The notes beneath the pieces are model-generated. The model did no database searches, was not told the DNA's origin, and worked only from the letters and a program-made list of their open reading frames with translations. The position numbers were made by a program, and so were the translations under genes. Of a stretch of DNA of 64,000 bases, positions 27,763-34,720 are shown piece after piece (the stretch's first letter is position 1; the number at the start of each line of letters is the position of its first letter). Source of the DNA: Acidobacteriota bacterium. GTDB lineage: Bacteria > Acidobacteriota > Terriglobia > Terriglobales > SCQP01. The stretch is from contig SCQP01000002.1 of the NCBI GenBank assembly GCA_004299485.1, positions 232,966 through 296,965 of the forward strand. The letters are read 5' to 3'.

Positions 27763-28428
27763 ATGGCACGATCAGTACTAACTTTTAGGCGCCTTCTCTT
27801 GCTTATTCTGGCGTCGTCCGTTTGGTTCGCGGCAAACTTGTCTGCCCAGGCGCGCAGCGGCGCCCAGAACCGAAGTTCGATTTCTAAGCTGACCGCGGTT
27901 GCTCGACGCGAGGTCCGGCGCCTTGGATCGCAAAACCAAGCAACAGCAGGCTCCGCGCAGAAGCGGCTCATGCAGCTTGCGTGGGTATCACCCAAGGCAA
28001 GGGACAAGGTGATCGAACTGCTCATGCTGGCACTTGTCACGAGCATGGAAGACCAGGCGAAGTTCAGCAAGGTCGAGAGGATCACGCAGATTCTCGGTAA
28101 GCTCGAAGCCAAGCGCGCGGTGCCTGTCCTTGCCGTCAATATTGGATGGCACGGTTTAGTTTCGGACCTTTCACTTCGGCCATACCCATTCGCGCAGGCC
28201 TTGGTTGCGATAGGGCCGCCGGCGGTGGGCGCGGTGGGCGCGGTCCTAAGGGACGCAACGAGGCCAAGGGAGCGGGCCCTCGCGGCGGTCGTCCTCGGCC
28301 GGATCGGCAACAGCGCCGCCGCTGACGCTCTCCGCAGCGCTCAGCCCCGTGAGCGCGATGCCGACGTACGCCGCGCAATCGTCGCCTCGTTACGCGAGAT
28401 CGGTCGAGCACCGCACGAAGGGCAGTAA
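27763..28428 (+). CDS. Secreted HEAT-repeat protein (hypothetical)
   Basis: Signal-like N-terminus LLLLILASSVWFAANLSAQA. HEAT-like repeats (AVPVLAVNIG..., RERALAAVVLGRIGNSAAADALRSA...DADVRRAIVASLREIG). Confidence 0.6.
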   Translation: MARSVLTFRRLLLLILASSVWFAANLSAQARSGAQNRSSISKLTAVARREVRRLGSQNQATAGSAQKRLMQLAWVSPKARDKVIELLMLALVTSMEDQAKFSKVERITQILGKLEAKRAVPVLAVNIGWHGLVSDLSLRPYPFAQALVAIGPPAVGAVGAVLRDATRPRERALAAVVLGRIGNSAAADALRSAQPRERDADVRRAIVASLREIGRAPHEGQ

Positions 28429-28486
28429 CGCGCCGCCCGTAGGCCTGAGTGGCGAGAAAGCCGACCGCCTCGGGGTGGACGGGAGA

Positions 28487-28603
28487 CTAAAGCAGTTCCA
28501 GACCAGCTATAGCCCGGCAGACCGCGCGTTTGCGGCGTTGACATCAGGAAACACCGCTCGTTTTAACTCGGAGCGGGTGACACCAAGTCTGGAACTGCTT
28601 TAG
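28487..28603. repeat. 117-nt element with perfect 17-bp terminal inverted repeat and inner hairpin, between convergent genes
   Basis: CTAAAGCAGTTCCAGAC (28487-28503) is the exact reverse complement of GTCTGGAACTGCTTTAG (28587-28603). Inner stem CCGCTC (28554-59) pairs with GAGCGG (28571-76). Confidence 0.8.
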
Positions 28604-28729
28604 AACCGTGCCTCGTCACGGAGGCGCCGTAACCAGACTGAGCTGGGCTCGTCGCTCGGTTTCTGGCGCGCGCGGAGGGCGTCAACGCGGTTCAAAAAGT
28701 GGCGAGCCACTCAGCGGCTTGACCGGCTC

Positions 28730-29776
28730 CTAGCGCGGCACCCAGGTGCGCCCGGCATCGCTTGTGCTCCAGCTTTGGCCGTTGGCTGCGGTAATGAGGC
28801 CGTGCTGCGCGTCGAGGAAGACGATACTGCGCAGCAGCACGCGGTGCGGGGGAAGGCCGGGCAGGGAAACGCGCTGCCAGTGCTTACCGCGGTCGATCGA
28901 GGTGTACAGCTCGTTGGCGTCGCCGCCGGCCCAGACGTGGCCCTCACGCACGTAGATCACATGCACTTCGACACCAGGCACGAACGGCACGGTGTGCCAG
29001 AAACCGGCGGTTACGGCTTTGAGCAGAGCGCCACTGCGCGAGATCGCCCAGCCTAGCTCGGCGGCAAGCTGCGGCGAATCGGGCGCCGGCACGGCGGCGG
29101 AGCTGGAGCTCGCAAAGCTGGCCGCCAGTGGAAATGCGGATGCGGGACTCACGGAGGGCAGCGCAGCCTCCAGAGGCGGCACGACGGCCAGCGTCGCCTG
29201 CGTACCGGATAATATCGGTTGCGCTCCGGTGACGCCGCCCCAATCCACCAAACTGCTGGACGTGCGCGCAGGCACTGCCTGATCTCGGAACCCAGCGCGT
29301 AGTGAAGCAAAATCAAAGTCCGCAGCGGGCTGCGCGGCGGGAGCAGTGGGCTGCGCTGGCCGCGTTAGTGCGGGCGGAGGACCCGCAAGTTTGGCCCATA
29401 CCATGGGGGGCGCGGCGGGAACGGGCGCACCGGCCACCCTAGGCTGCGCAGGTGCAAGCTGGGGCGGATTCGTCTGCGAGACGGCTTGGGGCTCGGTGGC
29501 AGTGTGCCGGGCTGCCGGCGGCCGAACCCACCAGACGGCGCCCGCCACCAGAATGGCGCTGGCTGCCAGAGCCAATGGCGCCTGCCAGAGCCAATGGCCC
29601 GGCTCGCAGTGTGCGCGGGTCTGCGCCTGTAGCGCTACACCGGCGCAAGCCGCCAATTCGCGGCAGGGGGCGCAGGTGCTCAAGTGCGCTTCCAGGCCGC
29701 GCCGGTCGCGGGCGCTCAAGCCGCCCTCGAGGTAGGCGCCGACGGCGTCGGCATCGGGATGCGGGTTACAGAACAC
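28730..29776 (-). CDS. Anti-sigma factor: zf-HC2 domain, single TM, Pro/Ala-rich linker, C-terminal BNR/Ycf48-like sensor domain
   Basis: HLSTCAPCRELAACAG (Hx3Cx2C). TM segment WLWQAPLALAASAILVAGAVWWV. C-terminal Asp-boxes TSIDRGKHWQRV and STSDAGRTWVPR. The start overlaps the sigma gene stop by 11 nt. Confidence 0.75.
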   Translation of the reverse strand: MFCNPHPDADAVGAYLEGGLSARDRRGLEAHLSTCAPCRELAACAGVALQAQTRAHCEPGHWLWQAPLALAASAILVAGAVWWVRPPAARHTATEPQAVSQTNPPQLAPAQPRVAGAPVPAAPPMVWAKLAGPPPALTRPAQPTAPAAQPAADFDFASLRAGFRDQAVPARTSSSLVDWGGVTGAQPILSGTQATLAVVPPLEAALPSVSPASAFPLAASFASSSSAAVPAPDSPQLAAELGWAISRSGALLKAVTAGFWHTVPFVPGVEVHVIYVREGHVWAGGDANELYTSIDRGKHWQRVSLPGLPPHRVLLRSIVFLDAQHGLITAANGQSWSTSDAGRTWVPR

Positions 29777-30644
29777 GCGGCCCTTCCTGCGGCTGCGCGC
29801 GCAGCGAGCGGCTCACGTCGATCTGCAGCCAGCGCGGATCGATATGCAGCGCTGCCTCGGCGGCTGCGGGACGCAGGCCCAGCCCCGCCAGTTCGCGCCG
29901 CATCTGCCGCCGCAATTGCCGCAACACGCGATCGAGCCGCCGGCTGACGGTGGACTCATGCACCCGCAATACCGCTGCGATTTCCGCCAGCGTGCGGCTG
30001 TCGAGAAAGTACAGGCACAGCAGCAGCCGCGCCGGTGCCGCCGCGGCGCGCAGCACGCGCGCCAGCGCTACGTCTACCGCGTTCCGGGCCGCAGGCGAAC
30101 TGGCGGGCCAGCCGCTGTGCGGCGCTACCAGCAAAGCTTGCAGGCCCGCGCAATCTTCCAGCGCTACTTGCCGGCGCTCGCGCCGCCAGGCGTTGACGTG
30201 CGCCTGCGCCAGCAGCGTGCAGAGCCAGGCATCGAGGCTCCCCAGGCCGCTGTAGGCAAACAGTTTCGAGCGATGGCGCCCGTCGCCCTCCTGCGGCGCG
30301 TAAAGGTCGGTTAAAAGATTGTCCGCCAGCTCATCGGCACGCTCGGCGTTGTGGGTCAGTGTGCGCGCGGCGGCGCGCAAGCGCGGCTGACAGCGTCGCC
30401 ATAGTTCTTCCCACGCCGCTTCTTCTCCCAGCGCGCAGGTCCGCGCCAGCATGAGGTCCGCCAGGTGCAGCCGCTTGCGGAAGCGTTGCCGCTCGGCGGC
30501 CGAGCTGCGTGGCGGCAGATGACGTTCTTCCACCTGCTCGATCCAGGCGTTGGCTTGCACCGGGCCGATGCGGAAGCGTTCGGCGCCGCTGGCGCTATAC
30601 CAGTCCTGGCTCGTTCCACGCGATGACCGCACACGAGGCAGCAT
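29766..30644 (-). CDS. ECF-type RNA polymerase sigma-70 family factor with extended N-terminus
   Basis: Region 2-like string EELWRRCQPRLRAAARTLTHNAERADELADNLLTDLY. Region 4 string LYFLDSRTLAEIAAVLRVHESTVSRRLDRVLRQLRRQM. The start is uncertain because no SD precedes ATG 30644. Confidence 0.8.
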   Translation of the reverse strand: MLPRVRSSRGTSQDWYSASGAERFRIGPVQANAWIEQVEERHLPPRSSAAERQRFRKRLHLADLMLARTCALGEEAAWEELWRRCQPRLRAAARTLTHNAERADELADNLLTDLYAPQEGDGRHRSKLFAYSGLGSLDAWLCTLLAQAHVNAWRRERRQVALEDCAGLQALLVAPHSGWPASSPAARNAVDVALARVLRAAAAPARLLLCLYFLDSRTLAEIAAVLRVHESTVSRRLDRVLRQLRRQMRRELAGLGLRPAAAEAALHIDPRWLQIDVSRSLRAQPQEGPRVL

Positions 30645-30745
30645 AGGAGGTTGCCCTCATCCTAGCAGTTCTGCTGCGGCCGGAACCTCAAAATTAAGGC
30701 AAAAAATAGATTGCAAGAGCCAGAAAAATGGGCGTTCTTACACGA

Positions 30746-30771
30746 AACGGCGGAAAACTTTGACCGGTTCC
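30746..30771 (-). promoter_or_regulatory. Candidate autoregulatory ECF-type promoter (GGAAC-N17-CGTT) upstream of the sigma gene
   Basis: The minus strand reads GGGAACCGGTCAAAGTTTTCCGCCGTTTCG, about 100 nt upstream of ATG 30644. Confidence 0.4.
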
Positions 30772-30842
30772 CGCCCATATTGGCCAGAGAGAAGTAGCCC
30801 GCGGCACGGTAGGCAGGTGCCGCGGGTGCTGGCCGTTCCAGC

Positions 30843-31022
30843 ATGCCCATGCTAACGCGCCTTCCAACCCGCAGCCGAATCAGCGCCATCCTGGCCCTGG
30901 CGCTCCTTTTGGCAAGCTTGGCCGCCTTTTTTTACAGCCTGCGCCTACGGCGCCGGGACTGGAGCGCGGCGCCTCGCACCCGGCTGACGACGCTGATTCC
31001 CCCGCCCCCCGTCCGGCTCTAG
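30843..31022 (+). CDS. Possible 59-aa single-TM membrane peptide
   Basis: ATG 30843 encodes MPMLTRLPTRSRISAILALALLLASLAAFFYSLRLRRRDW... It falls below the ORF-track length cutoff. A 10-bp hairpin (30797-30825) lies just upstream. Weak support. Confidence 0.3.
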   Translation: MPMLTRLPTRSRISAILALALLLASLAAFFYSLRLRRRDWSAAPRTRLTTLIPPPPVRL

Positions 31023-31179
31023 TGGCGCGCCAGAGCAGCAGCTAAAATAAGGCTGCTGTGCCCCAAATATTTAACACATTGATGGAACGCGGGCGCCCAG
31101 CCGAGCTTCGCTCGGCGGCCCGCTTGTCGCGACCGCGGAGGTGGCGCCGGGGCCCCATTGGCCCCAGCGCCTCGGCCTG

Positions 31180-31701
31180 ATGCCGCAGATATTCAGCACA
31201 TCCCGCGCCGAAGCCGCCGTCTTTCGTTTTCCGGCGGTGTTTATTCCGCTGCTGGCGGTGGTGGCGCTGGTGCTGCAGACCTATCTGCCGGTGGTGTTCC
31301 ACGCCGCAGTCTATTTGGATCTCCCGCTGCTCGTGGTGATCTATTGGGCCATCACGTATCGCCGGCCGCGCGGAGCATCGCTCGTGGGTGCCGTGTTGGG
31401 TCTCGCTCAGGACAGCCTGTCGCACACGGCACTGGGCGTGAACGGTATCTCCAAGACCGTCATCGGCTTTCTCGATGCCTCGCTTGGCAGCCGCTTCGAT
31501 GCCGACCACCCCGGCGTACGGCTGCTGGTGGTGTTAGTTTGCTATGAGCTGAACCGCGCCATCCTTTATGCCCTGCAGCGTTTCCTGCTGGGCACCCCCG
31601 TCCTGTGGCATGGATGGATTACGCTGGTAGCAGCACTGGTAAATGGCCTCCTGGCGGTGATCCTGTTTCACGGTTTTGACCGCTTCCGGCACTGGGTGTA
31701 A
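31180..31701 (+). CDS. mreD: Rod shape-determining protein MreD
   Basis: Multi-TM protein of about 173 aa immediately upstream of mrdA-rodA, with an MreD-like hydrophobic pattern. ATG 31180 chosen. Confidence 0.7.
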   Translation: MPQIFSTSRAEAAVFRFPAVFIPLLAVVALVLQTYLPVVFHAAVYLDLPLLVVIYWAITYRRPRGASLVGAVLGLAQDSLSHTALGVNGISKTVIGFLDASLGSRFDADHPGVRLLVVLVCYELNRAILYALQRFLLGTPVLWHGWITLVAALVNGLLAVILFHGFDRFRHWV

Positions 31702-31709
31702 CGCAGACC

Positions 31710-33566
31710 ATGGCGGAGATTCTCGATCGTAAAGACAAGCTGCCAGAAGGCCGCATGCGGCTGGTGCAGGTCTGCATCCTGATCGGCTTCATCGCCCTGG
31801 CCGGCGGCCTGTGGCAACTGCAGATTTTAAACGGCGTCAAATATGCCGAACTGGCGCGCGAAAACCGGGTCCGCATCATTCCCGTTCCTGCTCCCCGGGG
31901 ACGACTCTACGACCGGCGCGGACGCCTGCTCGTGAGTAATTATCCTTCCTTCACCGCCTACCTGGTCCGGGAAGCGAATAAGCACTGGCGTGGCGATTTG
32001 CCCGCGATTGCCAAAGGGCTGTTTGTGCCTTTAAGCGATGTCGAAGCCGCCATGGACAAGTACGAATCCGCGCCTGCCTATCAACCGATTCCCATCAAGC
32101 AGGACATTACCATGGCCGACCAGGACTTCATCGCCGCGCATCGCGATCAGTTTCCGGAACTGGAGCCGGTGATGGCCAGTCGCCGTCTCTACCCGAAGAA
32201 TGGCTACGCCGCCAATCTCATCGGCTATGTCGGCGAGCCCACGCCCCGCCAGGTGCGCGCAGACAATTTGCGTCCGGGCGCAGTGGTCGGCCAGTCGGGT
32301 CTGGAGGCCTTCTATAACAAGCGGCTCACGGGCGTGGATGGCGAGCGGCGGGTGCTGGTAAACAGCCGTGGCCAGGTCATGGGCCAGCTTTCCGAGCAGC
32401 CCCCCATCTCCGGCCACGATCTGCGTCTGACAATAGACGAAGACGTGCAGACGGCTGCGGAAGAGGCGATGGGCAACCGTCCGGGCGCAGTAGTCGCGCT
32501 CGATCCACGCACTGGTGCGGTGCTGGCGCTGGTCAGCCGGCCGACGTTCGATCCCAATGCGTTTGTGCAGGGCGTCTCGCCCCAACAGTGGCAGCGGTGG
32601 ATTACCGACCCCGAGCATCCGCTCATGGATAAGGCCATCCAGGCGCAGCTCGCACCAGGCTCGGTTTTCAAGCTGGTGATGTCGGTCGCAGGGCTGCAGA
32701 CCGGCATTGCGGAGAATCTCAACGTCGACTGCACCGGCGTCTTCTACTACTACGGCCATCCCTATCGTTGCTATATCTACACCGAAACCCACCACGGTCA
32801 CGGCGTGCTCAACATTGCCCAGGCCATCACGCATTCGTGTGATTTCTATTTCTACACGCTCGGCAGCAAGCTCGGCATCCAGACCATTGATCAGTACGCC
32901 ACCGAACTCGGCCTGGGTCAGCATACCGGCATCGACTTGCCCCATGAAGCGGCCGGCCAGATTCCCTCACCGGCGTGGCAGATGAGGCGCTTTCATCGCG
33001 CCTGGTATCGCGGTGAAACCATCAATGTTTCCATCGGTCAGGGATCCGTGACCACAACTCCCATTCAATTGGCCCGTCTGGCCGGCGGCATCGCCAGTGG
33101 CGGCCACTTTGCCCGCCCGCACCTGGATGCGGACGCTCCCAACACCGCAGGATTCAACGTGCCACTCAGTCCGATTACGGTCAGTGACATCCTGACGGGC
33201 ATGCGCGGCGTGACCGAACCCGGCGGCACCGCCGCCAGCGCGCATCTCGTGGGCGTGAGTTGGGGGGGCAAAACCGGAACCGCGCAAACCATCTCCGATG
33301 CGGCCCTGCGCCGCCTCACCGGCAACACCAGCCGCTTCACACCCAATGTCTGGTTCGTGGGCGTCTCGCCCCTGCAAAATCCCCAAATCGCCGTCTGCGT
33401 CTTGTTCCAGCGCGGCTATGAAAGCTCCTATGCGGCCCGCATCGCCGCCCGCGTGGTCCAGGCTTACTGGCTGGCGGAAGCCAAAGAAGGGCTGCTGACG
33501 ACCGAGACCGCTTCCAATTCGACCGCGGCCCACACGGCCACGGCGCCCGGGCAATTACCGCAATGA
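31710..33566 (+). CDS. mrdA: Penicillin-binding protein 2 (elongasome transpeptidase)
   Basis: N-terminal anchor. Transpeptidase motifs SVFK (SxxK), HSCD and KTGTA. Confidence 0.9.
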   Translation: MAEILDRKDKLPEGRMRLVQVCILIGFIALAGGLWQLQILNGVKYAELARENRVRIIPVPAPRGRLYDRRGRLLVSNYPSFTAYLVREANKHWRGDLPAIAKGLFVPLSDVEAAMDKYESAPAYQPIPIKQDITMADQDFIAAHRDQFPELEPVMASRRLYPKNGYAANLIGYVGEPTPRQVRADNLRPGAVVGQSGLEAFYNKRLTGVDGERRVLVNSRGQVMGQLSEQPPISGHDLRLTIDEDVQTAAEEAMGNRPGAVVALDPRTGAVLALVSRPTFDPNAFVQGVSPQQWQRWITDPEHPLMDKAIQAQLAPGSVFKLVMSVAGLQTGIAENLNVDCTGVFYYYGHPYRCYIYTETHHGHGVLNIAQAITHSCDFYFYTLGSKLGIQTIDQYATELGLGQHTGIDLPHEAAGQIPSPAWQMRRFHRAWYRGETINVSIGQGSVTTTPIQLARLAGGIASGGHFARPHLDADAPNTAGFNVPLSPITVSDILTGMRGVTEPGGTAASAHLVGVSWGGKTGTAQTISDAALRRLTGNTSRFTPNVWFVGVSPLQNPQIAVCVLFQRGYESSYAARIAARVVQAYWLAEAKEGLLTTETASNSTAAHTATAPGQLPQ

Positions 33567-34639
33567 CCAAATGGCGGGATCTGGATTGGGTGCTGCTGGC
33601 GTTGCTGCTGGCCATTTCGCTGCTGGGCATCCTGGAAATTCACAACGCCACCATTGCCACCAGATTTGCCCCTCTCTGGATCAAGCAGGTCTATTACCTG
33701 ATTGCCGGCATCGGTTTGCTGCTGGTCTTCAGCCGGATTGATTACAAATTGATTCTGGAATCGAGCCCCTGGCTTTATTTGGCCTCCGTGGCGGCGTTGG
33801 GGCTGGTGCTGGTGGTCGGGCGGGCGATTTTCCATTCCCGCCGCTGGATCCCAGTGGCGGGAACGCACCTCCAGGTTTCCGAATTCGTCAAAATCGTTAT
33901 AATTGTGGTGGTTGCGCGGTACTGCGGGTCAGCCCGCCTTTCCCTCGCCTGGTCCGATGTGGTGAAGGTAGGTGGTCTGGTCGGCATTCCAGCGGCGCTG
34001 GTGCTGCTGGAGCCGGATTTGGGCACGGCCCTCACCTACATTCCCGTAGCCATTGTGGGCTTGCTGCTGGGAGGCTTGCGCTGGCGCCAGGTTCTGGTGC
34101 TGGGACTGGGTTTCCTGCTGATGTTGCCCATTGCCTGGCATGAGCTTCATCCCTACCAACGGGACCGTATCATCGGGTTTTTGCAACCCCAGGCGGATCC
34201 ATTAGGTAGCGGATACCAGGTTTTGCAGTCCAAGATTGCAGTAGGTGCAGGAGGAGTTTTGGGCCAGGGTATGGCCCAGGGTTCGCAGACGCGGGGCCAA
34301 TTTTTGCCGGTTCCGCAGGCCGATTTTATTTTTGCCGCCTTTGCCGAAGAGTACGGCTTTGCCGGCGCGCTGTTGCTGCTGGGTCTGTATCTGCTGCTGC
34401 TGTTGCGGCTGATGCAGAACGCGCACTTGGCGCCGGACCGATACGCCGGCATGGTGGTGATGGGCGTGGTGGCGATTTTGACTTTTCACGTCCTGGTCAA
34501 CGTGGGTATGGTGGTGGGCTTCATGCCGGTGACCGGCATCCCGCTGCCGCTGATGAGTTCCGGAGGATCGTCGTTGCTGTTCGTGTTCATTGCTATGGGC
34601 ATTGTGATGAATATCCGCATGGCCCGCTTTGTGAACTGA
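33563..34639 (+). CDS. rodA: Rod shape-determining protein RodA (SEDS family)
   Basis: FtsW/RodA/SpoVE pattern (QPSEFVKI-like VSEFVKIV, DFIFAAFAEEYGF, PLPLMSSGGSS). ATGA overlap with mrdA. Confidence 0.9.
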   Translation: MTKWRDLDWVLLALLLAISLLGILEIHNATIATRFAPLWIKQVYYLIAGIGLLLVFSRIDYKLILESSPWLYLASVAALGLVLVVGRAIFHSRRWIPVAGTHLQVSEFVKIVIIVVVARYCGSARLSLAWSDVVKVGGLVGIPAALVLLEPDLGTALTYIPVAIVGLLLGGLRWRQVLVLGLGFLLMLPIAWHELHPYQRDRIIGFLQPQADPLGSGYQVLQSKIAVGAGGVLGQGMAQGSQTRGQFLPVPQADFIFAAFAEEYGFAGALLLLGLYLLLLLRLMQNAHLAPDRYAGMVVMGVVAILTFHVLVNVGMVVGFMPVTGIPLPLMSSGGSSLLFVFIAMGIVMNIRMARFVN

Positions 34640-34720
34640 GCAGCGTTTCTGTATTTTTGACTTTTTGATCGCCTGCTGAGCGCTGGGAGCGCCGCGGTGC
34701 GATCCGCTCGAGAGGAGCGA

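Noticed and set aside
28349-28603. 84-aa plus-strand ORF spanning the HEAT gene end and the inverted-repeat element
   Set aside because: It overlaps the supported HEAT gene in another frame. Its stop is simply the TAG at the end of the inverted-repeat arm, and it has no coding features.
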